NCBI GenBank assembly: GCA_049472315.1
Contig: JBLIRN010000028.1
Span: forward strand, 1 to 41,205
Direction of reading: 5' to 3'
Length of the DNA: 41,205 bases
From: a bacterium
GTDB lineage: Bacteria; SZUA-182; DTGQ01; JAFGSM01
Made by a program: the position numbers and the translations under genes. Below the pieces are notes generated by a model. The model was not told the origin of the DNA, did not search any database, and worked only from the letters and a program-made list of their open reading frames with translations. This document shows positions 1 through 8,297 of this stretch, piece after piece; position 1 is the stretch's first letter; each line of letters starts with the position of its first letter.

Positions 1-318
1 AACAGGCGAAGGGAGATCGCCGTGCTTCGTTCCATCGGTGCGCTCAAGGGACAGGTACGCAGGATGATCGTGCTCGAGGCGGGACTCATGGGGCTCATCG
101 GCAATCTCCTGGGCATACTCGCCGGGATCGCCATCTCCCTGATCATGGTGTTCGTGATCACCCGGCAGTCCTTCGGCTGGAGCATACGCTACCGTTTCCA
201 GGTGCCCATACTGCTTTTCTCCATCATACCCGTGCTCATCACATCCATCCTCGCCGGGTATTTCCCCGCCCACCGGGCATCGGGGCTTCCCCTGTCGGAG
301 GCGCTGCGGTATGAGTAG
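1..318 (+). CDS. FtsX/LolE-type ABC transporter permease, C-terminal part (5' truncated by window edge)
   Basis: Frame open from base 1 (NRRREIAVLRSIGA...), the typical FtsX-family motif. Three hydrophobic segments and the C-terminal AGYFPAHRAS...EALRYE. Overlaps the start of the next gene. Confidence 0.85.
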   Translation, partial: NRRREIAVLRSIGALKGQVRRMIVLEAGLMGLIGNLLGILAGIAISLIMVFVITRQSFGWSIRYRFQVPILLFSIIPVLITSILAGYFPAHRASGLPLSEALRYE

Positions 319-1408
319 GCGTCCCGTGCTGTGCATCCTACTGTGGATCCTGACCATAACATTCATAATGACGCCTTCAGGCGTGAGCCCCGAATCCTTC
401 TTCAGGCAGGTCCTTCCCGGATACGAGTATGCATTCCCCAGGGACCACTTCTCCCATCCTGATTTTCAGACGGAGTGGTGGTACTACACCGGCCACCTGA
501 GGACCGAAGAGGGGAAGACCTACGGGTATGAGCTCACCTTCTTCAGGACCGGGATCGAGTCCCAGAGGAAACGGGAATCCCCCTCCGCATGGGTGATGAG
601 GGACGTGTACTTCGCCCACCTCGCCCTGTCCGACGAGAACAAACGAGAGTTCCGCTTCTGGGAAAAGCTCAACCGGAAGGGCCCGGGACTGGCAGGGGCC
701 GAGGAAGGGCGGCTCCTGGTGTGGAACGAGGGATGGCGCATCGAGGGGGTAAACGGCGCACACCGCCTTCTTGCTGCGGAGGCCGGATTCGGTATCGACC
801 TCCTGCTCACCCCGCTGAAGCCCCTGGTGATCCACGGCGAAGAGGGGATAAGCAGGAAGTCGCTTGAACCGGGCCATGCATCCCACTACTATTCGCTCAC
901 CAGAATAAGGACGAAAGGGAGCATCACGGTATCGGGAACGCGGTATGATGTCAGCGGGCAGAGCTGGATGGACCACGAGTTCTTCAGCCACATGCTCGCC
1001 GAGGATCAGGAAGGATGGGACTGGTTCAGCATCCAGCTCGACAACGACCGAGAGATCATGCTCTACCAGCTCCGGCTCACAGGCGGAGCCATCGATCCGG
1101 TATCGAGCGGTACGATCATCGGGCCCGAGGGGGAGGCCCGGCACCTTACCTTTGCCGAGTTCTCCATCACCCCGCTTTCTTCCTGGAAAAGCGCGCGAAG
1201 TGGCGCGAAGTATCCTGCAGAGTGGGAGGTGAGCATCCCCGGCCAGGGGATACGCCTGCGGGTGCGGCCCACCTTCCCCGATCAGGAGCTCAAAACCAGG
1301 CAGACCACCTACTGGGAGGGGAACTGCACCATATCCGGCACCTTTCAGGGCGAAGAGGTGAGCGGTGTGGGATATGCCGAACTCACCGGGTATGCAGCGT
1401 CCTTGTGA
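311..1408 (+). CDS. Secreted lipocalin-like / AttH-type (carotenoid 1,2-hydratase-like) protein
   Basis: Signal peptide; motifs FPRDHFSHPDFQTEWWYYTG, SWMDHEF, GWDWFSIQL, YWEG and GYAELTGY. This family commonly follows FtsX-type permeases. Confidence 0.85.
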   Translation: MSRRPVLCILLWILTITFIMTPSGVSPESFFRQVLPGYEYAFPRDHFSHPDFQTEWWYYTGHLRTEEGKTYGYELTFFRTGIESQRKRESPSAWVMRDVYFAHLALSDENKREFRFWEKLNRKGPGLAGAEEGRLLVWNEGWRIEGVNGAHRLLAAEAGFGIDLLLTPLKPLVIHGEEGISRKSLEPGHASHYYSLTRIRTKGSITVSGTRYDVSGQSWMDHEFFSHMLAEDQEGWDWFSIQLDNDREIMLYQLRLTGGAIDPVSSGTIIGPEGEARHLTFAEFSITPLSSWKSARSGAKYPAEWEVSIPGQGIRLRVRPTFPDQELKTRQTTYWEGNCTISGTFQGEEVSGVGYAELTGYAASL

Positions 1409-2009
1409 GCACTGCAACGTCCTCCTGGTGTCCCTCCGCCCTTGAGACACACTCCATACCCAGGGCCTCCAGCTCCCTCACCGCATCATCGACGGAGTGG
1501 GAAAAGCGGGCGTGCTCCCGATCCTGAAGGCCGTGCACCCGATTGATGATCCCGAATCCCTCCGGGGTGAAGTCGGCGAGGATATATTTTCCTCCGCTGC
1601 TCAGCACCCGAACGGCCTCTGCCAGAATGGGACGGGGTTCGGGGAGGTGGTGGAGGGCGTTCACCATGAAAAGCGTGCTGCAGGACCCATCCGGGAAGGG
1701 GAGCATGGATGCGTCCCCGTGCACGAGGTGCACCCTGTGCTCCTTGCCGAATGCACCGAGGTTGATCCGGGCAAATGAGAGGTCCTCGGCAGAGAGATCC
1801 AGGCCGATGACGAATGGCGCCAGGCGGGCCAACGCCAGGGAGGTCACCCCCTTGCCGCACCCTATTTCCAGAACGGGCGTCTCGAAGGGGGAGGCCTGGC
1901 TGCAGATGAAGCGCATTGCCTCTTCGCGGTCGTGGCCGCAGGACCGATACACGGCGAGCCGCTCCTGGTACCGGCTGCGACAGCGGGCTGCCTCCTCGCG
2001 GTCCATCAT
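1383..2009 (-). CDS. Class I SAM-dependent methyltransferase
   Basis: VLEIGCGKG motif I, GLDLS, GDASMLPF, ALHH. Start placed at ATG-ATG (2009/2006) behind GGGAG, rather than the ORF-track start. Confidence 0.85.
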   Translation of the reverse strand: MMDREEAARCRSRYQERLAVYRSCGHDREEAMRFICSQASPFETPVLEIGCGKGVTSLALARLAPFVIGLDLSAEDLSFARINLGAFGKEHRVHLVHGDASMLPFPDGSCSTLFMVNALHHLPEPRPILAEAVRVLSSGGKYILADFTPEGFGIINRVHGLQDREHARFSHSVDDAVRELEALGMECVSRAEGHQEDVAVLTRTLHTR

Positions 2010-2037
2010 GCTCCCTGCGTCGCTGAGCGGTAATGGC

Positions 2038-3327
2038 TCAATGATCGCAGATATTCTCGCCGGTCTTGAGGGTGCCGGCAAGGTGCATCGCCACCAATGC
2101 CTCCGGCCCCTCGCAGGGAGCGCCGGTGATCACCTTGATGCCGCTCTGGGTAAAGAGACTCTGCGCACGGCTCCCCATGCCTCCGGCAATGACCAGGTGC
2201 ACCCCACGCTCCTTCAGCCACTTCGGAAGCAGGCCCGGCTCATGCTCCGGGGCCTCCACGGTCTCCTGCTTCAGGATGCGCCTGTTGCCGGGATCCACAT
2301 CGATGAGGGCGAAGCGCTCGCAGTGCCCGAAGTGCATGGCAAGCTTTCCTTCGGCCACCGGTATGGCGATCCGGAGGGTCCCGACGTTTGCTTCCTTCTC
2401 CACCTGCCCCACTTCATCGCTCGCAGGTGCCTGAGAATCCTGCATCTCCATGATGGGACGAATGACCCGGTTTAACGCCTTTGCGGTCTCCGTGCGGGGG
2501 AAGTGAAAGAGGTAGGGCTTCCCTTCATCCGATGCCTCCACCACCTGCGGATCCAGGGGCACACTGCCCAAAAACTTCACCCCCATCTCGTGGGCCATCT
2601 GCTCGCCGCCACCGGTCTTGAAGATGGCGGAGGCGGTGCCGCAGTGAGGGCATACGAACCCGCTCATGTTTTCCACCACCCCGACGATGGGCACATTGAG
2701 AGACCGGCAAAAATTCACCGACTTCCTCACGTCCGCAAGGGCCACCTCCTGCGGTGTGGTCACGATCACCGCATGCACCCCGCCCCCCTCCTCGAGAAGG
2801 AGCTGGGCCACGCTGAGGGGCTCGTCCCCGGTGCCCGGCGGTGAATCCACCACCAGGAAATCAAGATCACCCCATATCACGTCCTGCAGGAATTGCCTGA
2901 TGACCCCGAACTTCAACGGTCCCCGCCAGATAACCGGCTCGTTCTGGCCCTGGAGAAGAAGGCCCAGGGACATGACCTTGAGGTTCTCCCCGAAACCGAT
3001 GGGGATGATCCCGGCATCCGTTGCCTCGATCTTCTTCCCTCCCAGGTTGAGGAGTTTCGGAACGCTCGGCCCGTGCACATCAACATCCAGGAGCCCGGAC
3101 TTCTTGCCTGCCAGGGCCAACGCCACCGCCATGTTCACGGCAATGGTGCTCTTGCCCACGCCGCCCTTTCCGGAGAGGACCAGGATCTTGTGCCTCACCC
3201 GGGCCATACGCTCCCGCAGGTCCTCCCCTGCGGGAAACGTGCGCTCCTTCTTCTGCGAATCCCCGGAGGCGCCGCAGGTGCCCGATCCGCATCCTGGTCC
3301 CCCGTGATTATGATTGCCATTAGTCAT
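2038..3327 (-). CDS. mrp: Mrp/NBP35 (ApbC) Fe-S cluster carrier ATPase fused to a C-terminal NifB/NifX-family domain
   Basis: GKGGVGKS deviant Walker A, DVDVHGPS, WRGP, DSPPGTGD, ENMS...CPHC. C-terminal HFGHCERF...AGGMG...ICDH is NifX-like. RBS GGAGG. Confidence 0.92.
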   Translation of the reverse strand: MTNGNHNHGGPGCGSGTCGASGDSQKKERTFPAGEDLRERMARVRHKILVLSGKGGVGKSTIAVNMAVALALAGKKSGLLDVDVHGPSVPKLLNLGGKKIEATDAGIIPIGFGENLKVMSLGLLLQGQNEPVIWRGPLKFGVIRQFLQDVIWGDLDFLVVDSPPGTGDEPLSVAQLLLEEGGGVHAVIVTTPQEVALADVRKSVNFCRSLNVPIVGVVENMSGFVCPHCGTASAIFKTGGGEQMAHEMGVKFLGSVPLDPQVVEASDEGKPYLFHFPRTETAKALNRVIRPIMEMQDSQAPASDEVGQVEKEANVGTLRIAIPVAEGKLAMHFGHCERFALIDVDPGNRRILKQETVEAPEHEPGLLPKWLKERGVHLVIAGGMGSRAQSLFTQSGIKVITGAPCEGPEALVAMHLAGTLKTGENICDH

Positions 3328-3662
3328 ACATATACCTCCAAATCTCGAACATTATGTTCATTTGCGTATGATCATTTTTTTACTTTTTGTCAATGCGTGG
3401 CGTGCTGTGACGATTCCGACGGAGAGGAGGTGCGGCATGTGTCCTTATGATAGGATTGGGTGATCCGCAATTCACCTTATGTACGACACGACATGGCTCA
3501 AAAAGCAGTCCGCCAGTCACATATCCCTGCGCCACCATAAAGGGCTCTGTTATGCAGGGTGCCTGCATCCAGACATCATATGTAACAGTGTAACAGGCCT
3601 GGCTGTTGAGCAGGCCTAAGCAAGTGTGGAACAGATATGATAACTGGCGGACCCTCAGTGAC

Positions 3663-3695
3663 GATCAAAGGGGCGCACGCGCTCATCCTTTGATC
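3663..3695. terminator. Hairpin downstream of the ferredoxin, possible terminator
   Basis: GATCAAAGG (3663-3671) / CCTTTGATC (3687-3695) inverted repeat with a GC-rich inner stem. No strong U-tract. Confidence 0.35.
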
Positions 3696-3744
3696 ATGTG
3701 CTCGATTATCATTATCCTCCCTGGTATTAATTACCAGTTGACGA

Positions 3745-3915
3745 TCAATCAACCGTTATGGCTTCGGAGGGGCACTCATCCACGCACGAGCCGCAATCGA
3801 CGCATTTTTCCTCATCCACGACGGCCACGTCATCAACGGTGATTGCCTCGGTGGGGCATACGTCAACGCAAGAACCACAGGCGGTGCATTTTTCTTTGTC
3901 CACTTTTGCTGCCAT
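3745..3915 (-). CDS. 2[4Fe-4S] clostridial-type ferredoxin, 56 aa (absent from the ORF track)
   Basis: Manual translation: MAAKVDKEKCTACGSCVDVCPTEAITVDDVAVVDEEKCVDCGSCVDECPSEAITVD*. Two CxxCxxCxxxCP motifs; purine-rich RBS (AGAGGAATAAGGA). Confidence 0.95.
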   Translation of the reverse strand: MAAKVDKEKCTACGSCVDVCPTEAITVDDVAVVDEEKCVDCGSCVDECPSEAITVD

Positions 3916-4256
3916 TCCTTATTCCTCTCTCGATAGTTGGATTATACAACCAAAAAACAACATGCGGAGTTATGACTACATTTTCATATCACATGCAAAA
4001 CATAGTTACCGCACATCCGCGTGCGATAGCCATGAACTCGGACCTCAGTGCCCCGGCAGTACAATCCGGGGGCGTTTGCTCACCTCCTTTCTTCGCTTCA
4101 GGTTACCGCGAGTATAATACCTCTTCATGTTCCAGCATTAAATATAACCATTACAATAAACAATAGTCAAGAAGGAGTCAAAATTGATATTCCATACTGA
4201 AACCCGATGAGGCAAAAGGGAATCCCCGGAACCCTTCGTTATTCTTAAGGATTGTA

Positions 4257-4286
4257 TTGACACAAGGGTCGGAACATGCTAAAAAT
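4257..4286 (+). promoter_or_regulatory. Putative sigma70 promoter for tRNA-Leu
   Basis: TTGACA at 4257-4262, a 17-nt spacer ending in TGC, then TAAAAAT, about 30 nt before the tRNA. Confidence 0.5.
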
Positions 4287-4316
4287 CATCTGTTGTTCAA
4301 TGCAATGGAAAAAAAT

Positions 4317-4401
4317 GCCGGGGTGGCGGAATTGGGAGACGCAAGGGACTTAAAATCCCTCGGTACTTTGTACCGTGCCGGTTCGATCCCGGCCCTCGGC
4401 A
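4317..4401 (+). tRNA. tRNA-Leu(TAA)
   Basis: Acceptor GCCGGGG/CCTCGGC; anticodon arm AGGGA-CT-TAA-AA-TCCCT; long variable arm CGGTAC/GTACCG; T arm GCCGG-TTCGATC-CCGGC; discriminator A. CCA is not directly encoded. Confidence 0.97.
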
Positions 4402-4505
4402 CTCCAAAATCAAAAAGAAATCCTCCATGCCCGGAAGCTGCAAACAGGAAAGTAAATCGGATGTGCAGAAGGTCAAGATACGTTTGATTGGCCAGTAATA
4501 CGTAG

Positions 4506-4539
4506 CCGCACACCGGGGGCATCTGAAAGGTGTGCGGCG
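4506..4539. terminator. Hairpin between the convergent tRNA-Leu and surface-protein gene
   Basis: Perfect 10-bp inverted repeat GCCGCACACC/GGTGTGCGGC with a 14-nt loop. No clear U-tract. Confidence 0.35.
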
Positions 4540-4651
4540 TGATGGTTGTACCCAATGCATCCGTGACAAAGGTCGTTTCAAGGCCCAACCCATGCACCCG
4601 TGAACCTACCCAACGTCCCTGTGAATGTTCCATCTTATCGGGCTTCGATCC

Positions 4652-6529
4652 TTATGGGGCCAGTTGGTCCTCCTCGGATGCGGACAGGAAGCATCCACCT
4701 GCGGAGTCTCTGCTGGCATTGTCCGCAATATACGAACCATTTCCGAATACCACGAGTCCGCCTGGATCGGTGATGATGCCGTTCGCTACGCCATCGCTGT
4801 CACCCAGCCCCCCGTCCTCTATTGCGATGGTTATCGACCTGCCATCCTCGTTGAAGCTTATATTGTCGGTGAATTCCTGCCACCCATTGATGGTATCGTA
4901 CTTATAAAAGGTGGTGGCTTCGGAGATATCCTCTGAAAAATAGACCCGGATCAATGCCATTGCCCCAGGCTCATCAACGAGGAGTTGGTATGAGAAGAGG
5001 CCCAGGGAGAGGTCGGCCGGTGCCTCGCCGTCATCCGGAATGCTTTCCAGATCGATGGTGTCCACGGCCTCGATGGCGGTGATGGAGTCTGAGACCTTGC
5101 ACACCCCAATGACCGTGGAGAGATCGGACAACTGGATACATTTAATGACCTCAGGCTGGTCGGCGTCCACAATGCCATCATCATTGATATCCGTTGTATA
5201 GACGACCTCCTTGTCATCGGGGATACCGTTGCCGTCGGCATCACTTCCCGTATACTGCGTGGTGAAGGAAACGGGATCGGACCACTCCGATGTGGCTTCA
5301 TAGACATCCCTGAATCGTACACGGGTATAGTAGGTGGTGTCTTCCTCGAGCACCAGGTGAGGAACGGTCATATCCTCAAGCCTCTCCGAGGTATCGATAT
5401 CGAGGGCCAGGGTTGAAAAGTCTTCCTCCGTGCTTATCTGCCAATTGGTTTCTCCGTGTGGATCCTCTTCGGGGTCCGTATAGGACTCTGTGGAAATCTC
5501 AGTCATGAGCATGCAATCAAGATCCTTATCCTTCGGTTTCTTCACCTTCGGTTTGTAAGGTGCGAGGTTCGGAAGGGGCCTGTAGACCTCTATTGCGCAT
5601 GCATCGCTCGATTGAAGGCCCTCGTCGTCGGTGACGGTTAGTATGAAGCTGAATATCTCGGGAATCGGGCCGCAATTTGGGGCGGTAAAAGTGACCTGCA
5701 TGGTTGTTCCGTCGAAATTCAGCACCGGGGTCCCTCCGGTTTGCACCCACAGGTAGGTAACGATGTCACCGTCCGGGTCGTATGATCCACCTGCATCCAA
5801 GGTGACCGTATCCTTTTCGCATACCCTTTGATCAATCCCCGCATTAGCGACCGGGGGCTCATTCACGGGGGTGATGTCCGCTACAGTGATGATCACCTCG
5901 TCGGTGTCCGTCAACCCTCCGTTGTCGGTCACCTCGAGCCGGAAGGTGAGGGATGTGCCGGAAACGCCTACCTGGGGCGCCGTGAAGCTGGGCTGACTCG
6001 TATCTGCATTCACAAGGGTAACCGTACTGGCGGGGATCTGTGTCCACTGGTATTCGTCAATGCTTCCATCGGGGTCGCTGGAGCCCGTGCCGTCAAGGGT
6101 GACCACCGTGCCCTCGTTCACGCTCCGGTCCACACCCGCATTAGCGACCGGAGGATTGTTTGACGTCGAAGAGTAACACACCTCATTTGAATTCTCGCTC
6201 TCCAGTCCTGAGGTGTCGAAGGCCCGCGCCACGAAGCAATAGGAGAGATCATCATCAAGTCCGGTAATGATGCAGGTGGTATCCGTACCTTCCCAGGCAG
6301 GGGTAGTATAATCGTAGTCATTCACCCCGGCTTTATAGAAAATCCTGTACCCGGCAAGGTCCGGTTCGGTGTTCGCATCCCATGCCAGGGATATATCAAC
6401 GGAATAGGCATTCCGAGGGACACAAAAAAGGACCAGTGAAAAAGAAACCACGAAAAGAAGGCAGGCGATGACAATACGAAAAAGGGTACTTGCACAAAGA
6501 TGTTCCATATCCTGGTAACAGGGCATCAT
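4652..6529 (-). CDS. Secreted/surface protein: FN3 domain, two PKD-like repeats, choice-of-anchor-U-like domain, C-terminal GGCF motif
   Basis: Signal peptide; LAWDANTEPDLAGYRIFY (FN3); two PPVANAG.D...VTLD..GS.DPDG.I..Y.W.Q repeats; DGGLGDSDGVANGIITDPGG; ends AGGCFLSA. ATG at 6529 lies 6 nt after AGGAGGT. Confidence 0.85.
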   Translation of the reverse strand: MMPCYQDMEHLCASTLFRIVIACLLFVVSFSLVLFCVPRNAYSVDISLAWDANTEPDLAGYRIFYKAGVNDYDYTTPAWEGTDTTCIITGLDDDLSYCFVARAFDTSGLESENSNEVCYSSTSNNPPVANAGVDRSVNEGTVVTLDGTGSSDPDGSIDEYQWTQIPASTVTLVNADTSQPSFTAPQVGVSGTSLTFRLEVTDNGGLTDTDEVIITVADITPVNEPPVANAGIDQRVCEKDTVTLDAGGSYDPDGDIVTYLWVQTGGTPVLNFDGTTMQVTFTAPNCGPIPEIFSFILTVTDDEGLQSSDACAIEVYRPLPNLAPYKPKVKKPKDKDLDCMLMTEISTESYTDPEEDPHGETNWQISTEEDFSTLALDIDTSERLEDMTVPHLVLEEDTTYYTRVRFRDVYEATSEWSDPVSFTTQYTGSDADGNGIPDDKEVVYTTDINDDGIVDADQPEVIKCIQLSDLSTVIGVCKVSDSITAIEAVDTIDLESIPDDGEAPADLSLGLFSYQLLVDEPGAMALIRVYFSEDISEATTFYKYDTINGWQEFTDNISFNEDGRSITIAIEDGGLGDSDGVANGIITDPGGLVVFGNGSYIADNASRDSAGGCFLSASEEDQLAP

Positions 6530-6590
6530 GACAGCACCTCCTGTTCTTTTTTCCAATGATAATCAATGATGAAAGAAGGTGATGTTTCTG

Positions 6591-6680
6591 TTCGGCAGCC
6601 CTGCTACCGTATCCAGGTTACCGCGGACTTAGGTCAGAGGCTTTGCGTCCCACCCTTTCAGGTGGTTTGCCTTTTTCGAA
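6591..6680 (-). ncRNA. Cyclic-di-GMP-I (GEMM-I) riboswitch
   Basis: Minus strand reads TTCG AAAAA GGCAAACC ACCT GAAA GGGT GG GACGCAAAG CCTCTGACCTAAG...ACGGTAGCAGGGCTGC CGAA. It has the GNRA loop, the GACGCAAA core, a P1 of TTCG/CGAA, and lies in the 5' leader of 4652-6529. Confidence 0.93.
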
Positions 6681-6766
6681 CCCTTCTGCTCCCGTGCGCA
6701 TATACGTTTTTTTCGTCCATATCGACGCAATTCCTTAGCCTCCTCTTATGTTCGTGAACTGTTGGG

Positions 6767-6783
6767 TGCAAGGCGAATGCCAG
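6767..6783 (-). promoter_or_regulatory. Sigma54 (-24/-12) promoter upstream of the riboswitch and surface protein
   Basis: Minus strand CTGGCATTCGCCTTGCA, with exact GG-N10-GC spacing and an AT-rich tract upstream. Confidence 0.7.
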
Positions 6784-7052
6784 AGAAGTTGCCTTTCTAA
6801 TTCGCTTTTTTTATAAGGGGTTATATTTGCCTGCCTGATGGGAAGAAATGCGATGGTATTATTTTGATGCCCTCATGGTACAGATTCAGTGCCCTGAGGA
6901 GCACAATTGAACCCATGCGCACATCTGCCGGATTCAATGGGCCGCATAGGGGAGATGTAATTAATTTGAATTTGAATTTTTGCAGATTTGTAAGTAGAGT
7001 TTTTTCGACCGGCTCTTAATCCCAGCTTTCGAGTGCAATAATGAAGGGTCGA

Positions 7053-7076
7053 ATAGCGGGGAGGACTCCCCGCTAT
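7053..7076 (-). terminator. Hairpin overlapping the stop codon of 7073-8038
   Basis: ATAGCGGGGAG-GA-CTCCCCGCTAT, a perfect inverted repeat. Weak U-tract. Confidence 0.5.
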
Positions 7077-8038
7077 CTTCCGGGGAAGGTCCGGCCCGGT
7101 GGATAGGGAATCCTTCCCGGCGGGAACCCGGGTCGATTGGGCAGGGTCCTTTGTTGTGGGGATGGGATGGGTGGAGACGGAACCTGCGCAGCCGGGGCCT
7201 GTTGCCCCTGAGGGATGCCCTGTGGCGGAACGTATCCGGGGGGAACGGGCATCGGATAGGCAGGGACAAAGCGCGGATACATGGGAACACCCGGAGGAAC
7301 CGGATAGGGTTGGCCGCCTGGCTGCATCAACTGGCCGGGGCCTCCCTCCTGGCCACCCTCTCCCTCGCCCTCTGCAAGGGCCGGCTTCCACATCTCCAAC
7401 TCGGCGGGCTCCCTCAACAACAGATCGTACCGTTCGCCGTTTTCCTGCTCCATGATCACCTTTTCGGGCATGATATCCACCAGTTGCGCCTCAGACACGT
7501 AATCCCCGATCCGGTATGCCTCGATCTTGTCCTTACTGATCTTGCCGGGGATGGGGGGCAGCGGCACCTCTCGAATCTGCCCGTTGCCCAGTCTGATCTT
7601 TCGCGTCCTTTCCTGCTGTTCTTCCCTCATCCAACCCTGCATTATGGCGTACTTATCCTCGCCGATGATAATAACCCCATAGAGATTCGGCTTCTTTATC
7701 TCCTGCTGGGGAGGCTGTCCAGGAAAGCCCGGATAGGCAGCGGTTTGCTGAATCTGCACCTCCTCTTCCTCCGGAGGCGGAGGGGGCTGCCACTCCTCCC
7801 GTTCCGGCCTGAAAAGGTCCTTCTCAATAATAGGCTCATAGCTCATCCGGGAAGAGGGCTCATAGTCGGGCTCCCCGCCTTCCATCGCCACCGTCGCAAT
7901 GTCCTCCTGCCTGGGTTGTGAGGTGGACAGCGTGATCTCATGGCTCAGGACCTCCGACCAAATGCTGTAGAGATTATAGGAAAGAAGGATAATGATCGTC
8001 ACCAGGGCCACGTTTATCCAGAAGATCTTTCGAAACAT
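7073..8038 (-). CDS. Membrane-anchored protein resembling T2SS GspC / PilP HR domain, with a Pro-rich C-terminal tail
   Basis: Single N-terminal TM; Y..I.EKDLFRPER; LYGVIIIGEDKYAI and YRIGDYV...LVDI.PEKVI beta-strand pattern of the GspC HR domain; long P/G/Q tail. Family assignment is by pattern only. Confidence 0.55.
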   Translation of the reverse strand: MFRKIFWINVALVTIIILLSYNLYSIWSEVLSHEITLSTSQPRQEDIATVAMEGGEPDYEPSSRMSYEPIIEKDLFRPEREEWQPPPPPEEEEVQIQQTAAYPGFPGQPPQQEIKKPNLYGVIIIGEDKYAIMQGWMREEQQERTRKIRLGNGQIREVPLPPIPGKISKDKIEAYRIGDYVSEAQLVDIMPEKVIMEQENGERYDLLLREPAELEMWKPALAEGEGEGGQEGGPGQLMQPGGQPYPVPPGVPMYPRFVPAYPMPVPPGYVPPQGIPQGQQAPAAQVPSPPIPSPQQRTLPNRPGFPPGRIPYPPGRTFPGR

Positions 8039-8297
8039 GCGTATTCCTCACCACCCAACGTTTCAAGATGTAAGAAACGAATATTTAATATTTTCAGCAT
8101 AATAATTTATAACAAAGTAAATACTTATTTACATAATACCACACTCACGGCTCCTGTCAAGGGGACGTATCCAGGAGGCAGCCTCGGCGGTGATGAGCTC
8201 TGAGCACATAACAGCAGGCCGAACGGGGTACTGATTATCATTTATGCACAAAAAACCGATTAATTGAATAAGGGCATCGGATAAAGGGAGAATACCC

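Noticed and set aside
377..1450. Long antisense ORFs (e.g. 377-1450, 13431-14447, 17524-18735, 18966-20606, 40025-40939)
   Set aside because: They shadow well-supported genes on the opposite strand, as expected in GC-rich DNA, and have no recognisable motifs.
3507..3530. ZTP (pfl) riboswitch-like GTGACTGGCG
   Set aside because: The downstream P2, GGGGAGC and CGCCTGGG elements are absent; the motif is one arm of a long stem.
3758..4166. Plus-strand ORFs 3758-4117 and 3843-4166
   Set aside because: They are antisense to the real minus-strand ferredoxin and its upstream region.
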